Below, one piece after another: positions 55,205-64,000 of a stretch of 64,000 bases of DNA. Within the stretch, counting starts at the first letter, position 1. Each line of letters opens with the position of its first letter. The notes below the pieces were generated by a model, which was given only the letters and a program-made list of their open reading frames with translations, searched no databases and was not told the DNA's origin. This DNA is from Candidatus Aminicenantales bacterium. Its GTDB lineage: Bacteria > Acidobacteriota > Aminicenantia > Aminicenantales > Saccharicenantaceae. The stretch is from positions 15,728 to 79,727 of the forward strand of contig JBAVUQ010000023.1 in the NCBI GenBank assembly GCA_049696855.1. The letters are read 5' to 3'. A program made the position numbers and the translations under genes.

Positions 55205-56428
55205 TCAGGCCAGGACCAGCCGGGCTTCCCTGACCCTGGACCTCACCGCCACGCCGTAGGGGCAGGCCCTTTCGCAGGCCCCGCAATCCCGGCAGGCCGC
55301 CGCTTTCACTCCGTCCGCACAGGACGCATAGGCCTCTCTGGCCCTGTCCGTCTTGCCGTAGCTCTCATGGTAGGCAAGGGCGCGGAGGATGGCCGGCGAA
55401 TCGACGCCCGCCGGGCAGGCCCGTCGACAGGCGGCGCAACCGTGACAATAATCCGCCCCGTTCTCGCGGACGTAGCGGACGAGCGTCCGCCTCTCGGCCG
55501 CGGCCAGCCTCGCCCCGGCCGCTCTCAGGTCCTCTTCCATCTGGCGGCGGTTGAGGATCTCGGTCACGGCCGATGCGACGCGCGCGTCGTCGAGGACCCA
55601 CTTCAGCATGGCCTGATAGAGGGAGACCGCGCCGGTCCGGTATCTTTCGAGGTCCTGGCGCCGGCCGCCGACCTTGAGTGTTTTCATGGCGACGACGCCC
55701 ACGTCCCTGGAATGGGCCAGGTCGATCAGGGCCCGGAGGCCGCTCGCGCCGAGATAATCCGGGTAGGTCTGAACCTCGCCGCCGGGCTCCTGGATGTCGA
55801 AGACGTTATAACCCATCTGGACCATGTCGTAGAGGCCGCAGTCGACCGCCTTCCGGACGACCTCGTCCTGGTTGGCGTGGCAAGACAGCCCGCGGAAGCG
55901 GAAAGCGCCTTCCTGCTTGAGCCTGTCGAAGGCCTCGAGGACGCGCCCGTCAACGACGACGGCGGCCGCCTCCGCGCCGTGGATCATCAGCACGTCGATC
56001 GCCTCGACGTCGAGCCGCTTGAGGCTGCCATGCACCGTGGCCATGATGGACGCCGCGGTGTCGCGCGGCGTGACGTGGAATTTGGTGGCGACGCGGACCT
56101 TATCCCGTCCGACGTCCTTGAGCAGGCGGCCGATCTGCCGCTCGGCGTTGCCGTTGTCGTAGTTGTGGGACGTGTCGATGTAGTTGACGCCGCGGTCGAT
56201 GATGGCCCGGAGAAGGTCCGGGTCGGGCAGGGGACTGCTGCCGAGCGAGATCTCGGACACGAGAAGGCCTGTCCGGCCGAGCCGGCGGAAGGCCATCCCG
56301 CCCTTGTCCGGACGCGCCGGGGGCGTCTGTCCCCGGCCGGGCCATCCGGCGAGCGACGACCCGATCGCGGCCGCACCCCCGGCCATCGTCTTGATGAATG
56401 TTCTCCGGTCCTGGGGCTTTCGGCTCAT
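55205..56428 (-). CDS. second Tat-signal aldo/keto reductase–ferredoxin fusion (paralog of 22528..23733)
   Basis: Start MSRKPQDRRTFIKTMAGG with AGGAGGG RBS. AKR core. C-terminal CHGCAACRRACP...CRDCGACERACP. Confidence 0.7.
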   Translation of the reverse strand: MSRKPQDRRTFIKTMAGGAAAIGSSLAGWPGRGQTPPARPDKGGMAFRRLGRTGLLVSEISLGSSPLPDPDLLRAIIDRGVNYIDTSHNYDNGNAERQIGRLLKDVGRDKVRVATKFHVTPRDTAASIMATVHGSLKRLDVEAIDVLMIHGAEAAAVVVDGRVLEAFDRLKQEGAFRFRGLSCHANQDEVVRKAVDCGLYDMVQMGYNVFDIQEPGGEVQTYPDYLGASGLRALIDLAHSRDVGVVAMKTLKVGGRRQDLERYRTGAVSLYQAMLKWVLDDARVASAVTEILNRRQMEEDLRAAGARLAAAERRTLVRYVRENGADYCHGCAACRRACPAGVDSPAILRALAYHESYGKTDRAREAYASCADGVKAAACRDCGACERACPYGVAVRSRVREARLVLA

Positions 56429-56610
56429 CGGCGTCCCTCCTGGCGACTCCAATCTAGCGAAGCCTCCGCCGGACGTCAAGACAGGGCGCCCGGCCGGCCT
56501 TTTCAGAAACAATGGAACCAATTATCCGCGTTCTGCGTCTCCTAGGATGTGGACACCATCCGTCCTCCTCTGGTACATTATCGTCCCGTGGCCCTGAAAG
56601 GAGCCCGATC

Positions 56611-57015
56611 ATGAAAAGGTCCCCATTCGTTCCTATCATCGCTTTGGCCGCCCTCTTCGTCCTGGCCGGAGCCGCATTCTCTCAAGCCCCTAAGAAGGCC
56701 GACATCGTCGGCACCTGGGTCGGCACCGCCATGGGCGGAGACGGCGCGACACCCCTCGAGATCACCGCCGTCATTGATAAAACCGCGGTCGGATACTCCG
56801 GCAAGCTCGGCGACACAGCCGGCATGGTCCCCGAGTCCGCGATGCGGGAGATCGTCTTCAAGGACGACAAGCTCACCTTCGACTTCGACCTGGCCCAAGG
56901 AACGGAGACCCTCCTGATCAAGATCGAGCTCACGCTCGAGGCCGAGACCCTCAAGGGCGTCTGGTCCGATCCCGACGGGAATTCGGGCGCGATCGAGCTC
57001 AAGCTGAAGAAGTAA
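56611..57015 (+). CDS. small secreted hypothetical protein
   Basis: Signal peptide. 134 aa. AAAGGAG RBS. Confidence 0.5.
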   Translation: MKRSPFVPIIALAALFVLAGAAFSQAPKKADIVGTWVGTAMGGDGATPLEITAVIDKTAVGYSGKLGDTAGMVPESAMREIVFKDDKLTFDFDLAQGTETLLIKIELTLEAETLKGVWSDPDGNSGAIELKLKK

Positions 57016-57106
57016 TCCCCCCGCAGGAGACAGGATTCGCCGTGCCTTCGGCCGGGGGCTTGGATTAGGCCCCCGACCGTGATATAAATCCCCCCGAGGA
57101 AGAACC

Positions 57107-58387
57107 TTGAGCGGCAACGTCTACGACGAGATCAAGGAGCGCGGCTTCGTCGCCCAGGTTTCCGACGAGGACGCCGTCCGCAGGATGCTCGACGCGGAGC
57201 GGATCACGTTCTACGTCGGCTTCGACAGCACGGCCACCAGCCTCCACGCCGGAAGCCTCGTCCCGATCATGGCCATGGTCCATCTCCGGCGGGCCGGCCA
57301 TCGGGCCATCGCCGTCGTCGGCAGCGGCACGACGATGGTCGGCGACCCCAGCGGCAAGACCGAGATGCGCCAGATGCTGGACGAAGCGACCATCCGCGCC
57401 CAGGGCCAGGCCATCTTCATCCAGCTGGCCCGCTACCTCCATTTCGACGGGACGGGCGCCATCGCCGTGGACAACGCCGACTGGCTCCTGCCGCTCTACT
57501 ACATCCCCTTCCTGCGGGACATCGGCCGCCACTTCAGCGTCAACCGGATGCTGGCCGCCGAGGCCTACAAGCAGCGCCTCGAGAAGGGCCTGTCGTTCAT
57601 CGAGTTCAACTACCAGCTCCTCCAGGCCTACGACTTCCTGACCCTTTACCGGAAATATCACTGTGCGCTGCAGATGGGCGGGGACGACCAGTGGGGGAAC
57701 ATCCTGGCCGGCGTCGACCTCATCCGCCGCGTCGAGGGCGGGGCGGTCCAGGCCCTGACCTTTCCCCTCCTAACCACGGCCACGGGCGCCAAGATGGGCA
57801 AGACGGCCCAGGGCGCGGTCTGGCTCGACGGCGCGCTCTTCAGCCCCTACGATTTCTACCAGTATTGGGTCAATTGCGACGACCGGGACGTGGGGCGCTT
57901 TCTCCGGATATTCACCCTGGTCCCCCTCGACGAGATCCGGAGGCTCGAAGCTCTCAAGGACAGCGGCATCAACGAGGCCAAGCGCGTCCTGGCCTTCGAG
58001 GCGACCAAGATCACCCATGGCGAGCTCGAGGCCGAGAAGGCCCGGCAGGCCGCCGCAGCCGCCTTCGGAGGGAAGACGGCCGGCGGTCCCGCCGGAGACG
58101 GGGCCGGGAACGAAGGCGGCGGCGACATCAGCGCCGTCCCGACGACGGCCGTGCCCCGGTCGCGGCTCGAGGCCGGCATCAGTCCCGCCGGGCTCTTCAC
58201 CGAGGTCGGCCTGACGCCGTCGCGCCGCGAAGCCAAGCGGATGATCGAGCAGGGCGGCCTCTACGTCAACGATGTGCGCATCGACTCCGTCGAGCGCCTC
58301 TTGACCGTCAAGGACCTGGGCCCGGACGGGGGCCTGCTCCTCAAGGCCGGCAAGAGGAAGGTCCACCGCATCGTCTCCTCGGGCTGA
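57107..58387 (+). CDS. tyrS: tyrosine--tRNA ligase
   Basis: HIGH-like (SLHAGSL). KMSKS-like (KMGKT). C-terminal S4 domain. 426 aa. TTG start. Confidence 0.85.
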   Translation: MSGNVYDEIKERGFVAQVSDEDAVRRMLDAERITFYVGFDSTATSLHAGSLVPIMAMVHLRRAGHRAIAVVGSGTTMVGDPSGKTEMRQMLDEATIRAQGQAIFIQLARYLHFDGTGAIAVDNADWLLPLYYIPFLRDIGRHFSVNRMLAAEAYKQRLEKGLSFIEFNYQLLQAYDFLTLYRKYHCALQMGGDDQWGNILAGVDLIRRVEGGAVQALTFPLLTTATGAKMGKTAQGAVWLDGALFSPYDFYQYWVNCDDRDVGRFLRIFTLVPLDEIRRLEALKDSGINEAKRVLAFEATKITHGELEAEKARQAAAAAFGGKTAGGPAGDGAGNEGGGDISAVPTTAVPRSRLEAGISPAGLFTEVGLTPSRREAKRMIEQGGLYVNDVRIDSVERLLTVKDLGPDGGLLLKAGKRKVHRIVSSG

Positions 58388-58473
58388 TTCCGCCCGCCCC
58401 CCGGCCGTTTGCGCCGGCGGCCGATTTGTGCTTAACTATCTGGATGTTTTCCCTCGGATCCAAGGAGTATCGA

Positions 58474-59502
58474 ATGAAGCATGCTTTGACCATTATCCTG
58501 ATCTCGGCGCTGGCCCTGTCCGGATGCGCCAAGAAAGGCGAGAAGTTCACGCTCAAGGAGGGCACGCCCGCCTACACCCTGGCCAAGGACCTGGCCGCGA
58601 TCGTCCCCGCCCTCGGCCCGGACAAACAGACGGTCCTCGTCGAGACCAAGAGCTTCGTCATCACGGCCGCGGAAGTCATCCAGGCCGCGAGGGACAATCT
58701 CGGCACCCGGTCCGACCAGCTCAGGACCGTCGACGCCGGACAGATGAAGAAGATCATCGACCAGGCCGCCTCGTCGCTGGCCGAGCGCAAGCTTCTCCTG
58801 GCCGCCGCGGCCGCCGCCAAAACGGTCGTCCCGGCCGAGGAGCTCGAAAAGGCCATGCAATCCGAGTATGCCCGGGCCGGCGGCGAACAGGCGTTCCTCG
58901 AGGCCCTGAAGGGGGCCGACGTCTCGATCGACCACGTCAAGCAGAACGTCGAGGGGACGCTCCTCATCAACAAATTCCTCTCCGGCATCGCCGAGAGCGG
59001 CGCCAAGATCACCGAGCAGGATCTGCGCAAGGCGTATGAGCAGGATTCGACCGTCGGAAAGACCGCCACGGTGCGCCACATCCTCATCCTGACCCAGGGC
59101 AAGACCGACCAGGAGAAGGCCGCGGCCAAGACCAAGATCGAGGGCATCCTGGCCGAGGCCAAGGCCGGGGCGGATTTCGCCGAGCTGGCCAAGAAGTACT
59201 CCGAGGACCCCGGGTCCAAGGACAACGGCGGCCTCTACGAGAGCTTCCCCCGCGGCCAGATGGTCAAGCCCTTCGAGGAGGCCGCCTTCTCGATCCCCGT
59301 CGGCCAGCTCAGCGGCGTCGTCGAAACGTCCTACGGCTACCACATCCTTCTGATCGTCGGCCGCCAGAATGAAACCCGGCCCTTCGACCAGGCCCGCGCC
59401 GAGATCGAGTCGCGGCTCAAGCAGGGCAAGCAGGGTACGACGGTCCAGGACTACATCCAGGAGCTCAAGGACAAGGCGAAGTACAAGCTGATCGGGCTCT
59501 GA
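58474..59502 (+). CDS. PpiC-type peptidyl-prolyl cis-trans isomerase lipoprotein (SurA/PrsA-like)
   Basis: ATG 58474 with AAGGAG RBS. Lipobox LSGC. Parvulin block VRHILI...SEDPGSKDNGGLY...GYHILLI. Confidence 0.75.
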   Translation: MKHALTIILISALALSGCAKKGEKFTLKEGTPAYTLAKDLAAIVPALGPDKQTVLVETKSFVITAAEVIQAARDNLGTRSDQLRTVDAGQMKKIIDQAASSLAERKLLLAAAAAAKTVVPAEELEKAMQSEYARAGGEQAFLEALKGADVSIDHVKQNVEGTLLINKFLSGIAESGAKITEQDLRKAYEQDSTVGKTATVRHILILTQGKTDQEKAAAKTKIEGILAEAKAGADFAELAKKYSEDPGSKDNGGLYESFPRGQMVKPFEEAAFSIPVGQLSGVVETSYGYHILLIVGRQNETRPFDQARAEIESRLKQGKQGTTVQDYIQELKDKAKYKLIGL

Positions 59503-59672
59503 GGCTCCGCCGCCCGGCGGTGAGAGAACCGCTTTCTTATCACCCCCGGCGAGGGGCCCGAGGCCCCTCGCGATTCCCCCCTTACGGGGATTGCTTGGAG
59601 AACGACCGGCCTCCACAATGGGTGCAGGACGCGCGAGATGCGTCCGAACTCTCGACCCCTTAAGGAGGCCTC

Positions 59673-60296
59673 ATGAAAAGACTGACAACCGTCCTCGTGA
59701 TCGCGGTATTCGCCGGGCTTCTCACCCTGCCCCAGCCCGCCCGCGCCGACGTCCAGTTCGGCATCAAAGCCGGCGGCAACATGGCCCGGCCGACGGGCAC
59801 CGACGCCGACAATCCCTTGGCCACGCTGAAGAACAGGGTTGGCTTCAACGGCGGCATCTTCCTGGCTTTCAACTTCGGCCGCGTCGTGACCATCCAGTGG
59901 GAAGTCCTCTACACGATGAAGGGCGCCACTTACGTGGCCCTCGACGACAGCTACACCGACAAACTCTACGCCGATTACATCGAAGTGCCCCTGCTCCTCA
60001 AGCTGAGGATCCCCACGCCGATCATCCAGCCCTTCGTCTTCGCCGGGCCGACCGTCGGCTTCAAGCTCCAGGAGAAGCTCGAAACGAACGGCGAGGAAGT
60101 TCCCCTGACCGAAAACCTCCTGAAGAACAACGACTACGGCGCCATCTTCGGGGCGGGCCTGAATCTCGGACGGAATTTCATGGTCGACGTCCGCTACAGC
60201 CTGGGCATGCAGAAGGTCATTTCGACGGTCGAAGGGGAAGTCCAGCCCGATTTCAAGAACGGGGTCTGGTCGGCGAGCATCGGCATCGCCTTCTAG
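59673..60296 (+). CDS. outer-membrane beta-barrel protein (OmpW/OmpA-like barrel domain)
   Basis: Signal peptide. Alternating hydrophobic strands. C-terminal ...SIGIAF. Confidence 0.65.
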   Translation: MKRLTTVLVIAVFAGLLTLPQPARADVQFGIKAGGNMARPTGTDADNPLATLKNRVGFNGGIFLAFNFGRVVTIQWEVLYTMKGATYVALDDSYTDKLYADYIEVPLLLKLRIPTPIIQPFVFAGPTVGFKLQEKLETNGEEVPLTENLLKNNDYGAIFGAGLNLGRNFMVDVRYSLGMQKVISTVEGEVQPDFKNGVWSASIGIAF

Positions 60297-60320
60297 TCCG
60301 GACCGCCAGCTCGAATTCCC

Positions 60321-60356
60321 AGGCGCTTCCGCCGTCGCGGAAGCGCCTTTTTTTTT
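60321..60356 (+). terminator. rho-independent terminator (12-bp stem AGGCGCTTCCGC / GCGGAAGCGCCT followed by T9)
   Basis: Perfect stem, 4-nt loop, nine consecutive T. 25 nt after the OMP gene. Confidence 0.8.
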
Positions 60357-60384
60357 CGCCGGCCGGGCCGGGCGGCGCCTTCGG

Positions 60385-61242
60385 TCAGCGGACGTAAAGA
60401 TAGATGTAGTGCTTGTCCCCGTTCTCGTCCGCGATCGTCTCGGTCATCACCAGCTTCGATTCCCACCCGGGGATGGCATAGTTGTGGCAGACGACGCGGC
60501 TCTTCGGCCGCAGCTGGGCGTCCAGGATGGGCCGCATCAGGGCGTTCGATTCGGGGAGAAGGTACAGGCTGACGATGGTCGCCTCCGAGATGTCGGCTTT
60601 CGTGGCGTCCAGGCAGAGGAACTTGACCTGCCGCTCGACCCCGGCGGCCCTGGCGTTACGCTCCGATTCCTCGATCATGGCCTTGTCGATATCGATCCCG
60701 ACGCCGCGGGCGCCGTAGCGGCGGGCGGCCGTGATGACGATGCGGCCGTCGCCGCAGCCGATGTCGTAGAGGACATCCTGTCTCTTGACGGCGGCCAGCT
60801 CGAGCATGCGGTCGACGACCGGCTGGGGCGTCGGGACCCAGGGCGCGAGATCGACGGCGTCGTCGCGGCCGTGGGAGCCGAGGAACAGGTCGATGGTCGC
60901 CTCGTCGTCGACGCGGAACGAGTAGGGGCTGCCCGGATCGAGAGAATAGACGGCGTCCTTGCGGCCCGTAGAGAATTCGATCTCGAGGGGAGCGGCCGTC
61001 CGGAAGCGGTCGACGGCCCCGGGCGCGATCTCCCGGGACTCGGCGGCCTCGGGCTTGCCGGCCGGATAGATCCTGTACCCGATCGGCTGTCCGGTGACGT
61101 TGCGGACAGTCGTCTCCTTGAGACGGAGCGACTCGGCCGTGGGGGCCGCGACGGGGGCCGGCTGCGGCTCGTGGCGGGTGCAGGCGGGGGCGGCCAGGGC
61201 CGCGACGACCAGGATGAGGAGGATGGCGGTCTCTCTTCTCAT
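60385..61242 (-). CDS. class I SAM-dependent methyltransferase with N-terminal lipoprotein/secreted domain
   Basis: Signal/lipobox PACT. MTase motif I VLYDIGCGDGRIV. Confidence 0.65.
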   Translation of the reverse strand: MRRETAILLILVVAALAAPACTRHEPQPAPVAAPTAESLRLKETTVRNVTGQPIGYRIYPAGKPEAAESREIAPGAVDRFRTAAPLEIEFSTGRKDAVYSLDPGSPYSFRVDDEATIDLFLGSHGRDDAVDLAPWVPTPQPVVDRMLELAAVKRQDVLYDIGCGDGRIVITAARRYGARGVGIDIDKAMIEESERNARAAGVERQVKFLCLDATKADISEATIVSLYLLPESNALMRPILDAQLRPKSRVVCHNYAIPGWESKLVMTETIADENGDKHYIYLYVR

Positions 61243-61378
61243 AGCCCGGTCATTATAGCAGAATCCTTTTGGCCCGCAAAAAACCGGCCCGACCCGTACG
61301 ATCGCCTGGCCCGATTGACTTGCCGCTCCGCCCGCCTTATGATGATCTTCTAGAATCGTCTGACGCGGGAGGTGAGCA

Positions 61379-62035
61379 ATGACTTATCGCAGTTTCGCGC
61401 GGAAGTCTCTTCAGGGGGCGGCCGGCGCGTTCCTAGCTCTCGTCTTCCTGGCCTCGTGCGGGGTCAAGATGATGCCGACCAAAGACGTCTGGTACACCCA
61501 GCACTATTCCATCATGCAGGATTTCGAGAGGACTGCCTACAGGACGCTCACCGAGGCTGCGAAGAAGGAGTTTCAGGGTCTCTTCTGGGCGGCCAGGGAG
61601 CCCGCCTCGCGGACGATATTCCAGGACAGGCTGAGCTACGTCATGAACGCCTATAAGAGAGAGAATTCGAACCAGCCCTGGAACACCGACCGGGCGAGGA
61701 TCTATCTCCTCAACGGGCCGCCGGCTTCGATCGACGTGGATCAGAACACGAGCTGGGGCACCCAGCTGGGCCAGCCGGCTACCGGCGCCGTCAGCCGAAG
61801 TAACGAAGACGTCCAGGCCTATAGGGCCGAAATCTGGACGTATTCCGTCCTTAAACAATATGTCCAGTACGCCTTTACTTTTGCCCCCCCCAACGAATGG
61901 AAAATGTCGCCGGCCCCCGCCTCAGGAAGCAGGTACACCGGCGAGCTGGAAAATTACAGCAAAACGGTGACTTTCGGCATCCGCGATCCGGAAGGATACG
62001 AGCGGAAGATCGAAGCTCTCGAGAAGAAAAAATAG
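61379..62035 (+). CDS. GWxTD-domain lipoprotein
   Basis: Lipobox LASC. QPWNTDRARIYLLNGPP matches the GWxTD motif region. Confidence 0.5.
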   Translation: MTYRSFARKSLQGAAGAFLALVFLASCGVKMMPTKDVWYTQHYSIMQDFERTAYRTLTEAAKKEFQGLFWAAREPASRTIFQDRLSYVMNAYKRENSNQPWNTDRARIYLLNGPPASIDVDQNTSWGTQLGQPATGAVSRSNEDVQAYRAEIWTYSVLKQYVQYAFTFAPPNEWKMSPAPASGSRYTGELENYSKTVTFGIRDPEGYERKIEALEKKK

Positions 62036-62193
62036 TCTCAGCTGATCGGATCGCGGTCGGTGTCATGAACCGAAGCCGCTGAAAAAGCAGCGTATCAAGG
62101 CGCCAGCCCCTGATACGTGAGTTCGGCAGAAAAGAAAAACCCGCCCCGGCCGGAGCCGGGGCGGGTTTGTACAGGCGCTAGTGCTGGATCAGC

Positions 62194-64000
62194 CTAGAAC
62201 GAGAATTTCAAACCCAGGCGAGCTTGGAACGGGGCGAAGAAGGTGTTGGCGTAGCCGAATCGGCCGTCGACCTTGTTGAGGGCGGCATCAGGCTCCCAGG
62301 TCATGGTTAAGAGAGTCGTCCCGGGCGCGTACTCGATGCCCCCGACGGTATCGGAGGGGCTGATGTTGGTGCGGAACGGGGTCTGAACGAAGTTCGTGGC
62401 GGTTTCGACATTCAGCAGGTTGCTCAGGTTGACGTTGAACTGGAGGCCGTACCGGCCGCCGAGCCGGACGTTGTACTCGGCATAGACGTCCGCGTAGTAG
62501 ATGAAGGGGGTCCGGCCGAGGTCGCCGCGGTTGAACGGATAGTAGCCGGGGCCGTCGACGTTCCAGGCCGTGGACAGAGGCGTGCCGGACATGGCTTGCA
62601 TGACCGCGCCGACCGTCAAGCCCATGGGGAAAACGTAGCTGCCGTAGAGTTTGAAGACAAGGGGCCGGTCGGTCGGGAGATTGCCGTCGATCAGGTTCAG
62701 GTTCTTGTCCCACTGGAACTGCCACAGGTCGTACGTGCGCTCGCCGTTCGGGTTGTTGCGGCCGTTTTCGTCGGAGTTGGCCAATCCGGAGTAGTTGCCT
62801 CGCAGCGAGCTCCACGTGGCCGAAAAGCCCATGAGCCAGTTGTTGGCCAGCCGCTTGTCCAGGCTGAAGTTCACGGCCCAGTAGTCGCGTTTGCCCTTCG
62901 GCTGGTTCGGTACTCCGTCAGCCATCCAGGCCAGGGGCGTCTCCGATCCCACGGGCCGACTCTGGACGCCAGCGGCCTTGGCCATGTCATAGACATTATT
63001 CATGAAGGCGGAGCCAAGGTTGGTGTAATAATACGTCTCACCCTCCGCGGGATCGACCACGGCCTGGTCGTCGATCGCATAGAGGACCGACTTGTTCACG
63101 ACGCGAATGGAGGCCGAGAGATTCTCAAAGATCTTCTTGTCGGCGCCGAAGGCGATCTCCCGCTGGGTGAAGGGTTTCATGTCGGGATCGATGAGATTGA
63201 TCGAGGGGCGCCGGAAATCAAGGGTCACGTAGTTGGTCCCGGGATAGTTGTTGTCGACCCCGATCGCGAGGAAATTGTAGTTGTCGAGGCTGTAATAGGT
63301 GCTCTTCCACTGGAAACCGCCCAGGGCGTTGGCCGCCATGTCGAGTTTCATCACGTCCTGGTAGATGGCGAAGGAGCCGTAGACTTTGAGGCTCGAGTCG
63401 CCGAAGATGTCATAGATGAAGCCCAACCGGGGGGAGATCTTCTTCTTGAAGGGGAAGTTGATCGGCTTGAGGCCCTGATAATCCGGGTTCTGGCTGTAGG
63501 CCGGAATGTACTCGGACTCGGTGCGGACGCCGGCGTTGATCGTCAGCTTCCGGGCGATCGTCCAGCTGTCCTGGGCATAGAGCGCCCACTGGTCGCTTTG
63601 CGCATTGTAGAAACTGCCGTAGGGGCCGGTCAGGTCGTTGCCGCGAACGGCGTACCAGCCGTAGGTGCCGCGGCCGTAGTCGATGCCATAGGCGCTGAAG
63701 GAAGAATCCCAGCCCAGGTAGATCAGGGGAACGGTGGCCGAATTATCGACGTTCTCGCCCTGTCTGATATACTGGCCGCCGATCTTGAAGGCGTGCTCAC
63801 CGCCGAGGTCGGCGAAGTACGTCAGATCCAGGTTGGCGTTGTACTTCTGCCGGATGATCTTCTTCGTGGCATTGAGATTGGTGAGCGGCTGGTTCTGCCA
63901 GCCCGGGCCGTGCTGGAGGTCAGCGGGGATCTCCGGGAACATACTGTTGTCCACCGAAACGTAGCTGTAGGGCTGCTCCAGCTGGAAAATATAGACGGGG
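62194..64000 (-). CDS. TonB-dependent receptor-like outer-membrane barrel, C-terminal part (N-terminus beyond window)
   Basis: Frame is open to the window end. C-terminal ...RLGLKFSF aromatic terminus. Long beta-rich product. Confidence 0.6.
   Translation of the reverse strand, partial: PVYIFQLEQPYSYVSVDNSMFPEIPADLQHGPGWQNQPLTNLNATKKIIRQKYNANLDLTYFADLGGEHAFKIGGQYIRQGENVDNSATVPLIYLGWDSSFSAYGIDYGRGTYGWYAVRGNDLTGPYGSFYNAQSDQWALYAQDSWTIARKLTINAGVRTESEYIPAYSQNPDYQGLKPINFPFKKKISPRLGFIYDIFGDSSLKVYGSFAIYQDVMKLDMAANALGGFQWKSTYYSLDNYNFLAIGVDNNYPGTNYVTLDFRRPSINLIDPDMKPFTQREIAFGADKKIFENLSASIRVVNKSVLYAIDDQAVVDPAEGETYYYTNLGSAFMNNVYDMAKAAGVQSRPVGSETPLAWMADGVPNQPKGKRDYWAVNFSLDKRLANNWLMGFSATWSSLRGNYSGLANSDENGRNNPNGERTYDLWQFQWDKNLNLIDGNLPTDRPLVFKLYGSYVFPMGLTVGAVMQAMSGTPLSTAWNVDGPGYYPFNRGDLGRTPFIYYADVYAEYNVRLGGRYGLQFNVNLSNLLNVETATNFVQTPFRTNISPSDTVGGIEYAPGTTLLTMTWEPDAALNKVDGRFGYANTFFAPFQARLGLKFSF

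Noticed and set aside
57691-58473. 603-aa ORF extending the PPIase gene upstream through tyrS
   Set aside because: The upstream part is an Arg/Gly/Pro-rich out-of-frame reading of tyrS. A lipoprotein signal and RBS define the true start at 58474.
1-64000. CRISPR arrays, tRNA and rRNA genes
   Set aside because: No short regularly spaced repeats. No segments with tRNA-like cloverleaf ends or rRNA-like conservation noticed in intergenic regions. Cannot be fully excluded without tRNAscan/Infernal.

Overview
High-GC (~68%) bacterial chromosomal segment. The gene content (many lipoproteins, TPR, GWxTD, DUF1080, CBM9/DUF5916, DUF4097, sigma-54 usage) suggests an Acidobacteria-like organism, but this is inference only. 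About 60 protein genes are supported; no rRNA, tRNA or CRISPR was found.

Main modules, in window order:
- 1-2 kb: partial MFS transporter, a small basic protein, HAD hydrolase and YjbQ.
- 2.4-6.2 kb: anaerobic ribonucleotide reductase operon nrdD, a glutaredoxin-like gene, nrdG and dut, with a strong sigma-70 promoter and long leader.
- 6.3-9.1 kb: outer-membrane barrel protein and a Na+/solute symporter.
- 9.2-12.3 kb: three-gene GlpA-like / NADH-oxidase-like / DUF1667 flavoprotein cluster.
- 12.3-13.0 kb: lower-GC REP-associated tyrosine transposase (RAYT) flanked by clusters of REP-like palindromes.
- 13.0-15.0 kb: a Maf–RlmD fusion gene.
- 20.1-23.9 kb: a lower-GC insertion bounded by a 21-bp direct repeat that duplicates the 3' end of a CBS-domain gene. 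It carries a low-GC secreted hypothetical protein, an AraC regulator and a Tat-exported aldo/keto-reductase–ferredoxin fusion.
- 24.4-34.2 kb: malic-enzyme operon, DUF2284, RNA methyltransferase, OsmC, SppA, a lipid kinase, a GNAT-like + MacB-type ABC operon and an M19 dipeptidase.
- 34.3-39.8 kb: orphan family-5 solute-binding protein, histidine kinase, NtrC-type sigma-54 activator and a standalone REC gene. Two near-identical sigma-54 promoters follow; the second precedes a short terminator-delimited transcript (candidate sRNA) just upstream of pyrB.
- 39.8-64 kb: housekeeping genes (pepP-like, Nudix, trpS, tyrS, thrC, acyl-CoA ligase) mixed with envelope proteins. A third sigma-54 promoter sits upstream of a Tat-signal TIGR04076-family gene. 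There is a second Tat AKR–ferredoxin paralog. The window ends inside a partial TonB-dependent receptor.

Two copies of a ~90-110 bp MITE-like element with 29-bp terminal inverted repeats lie at 32.8 kb and 42.8 kb. Many long ORFs in the supplied track are antisense artefacts of high GC and were rejected.
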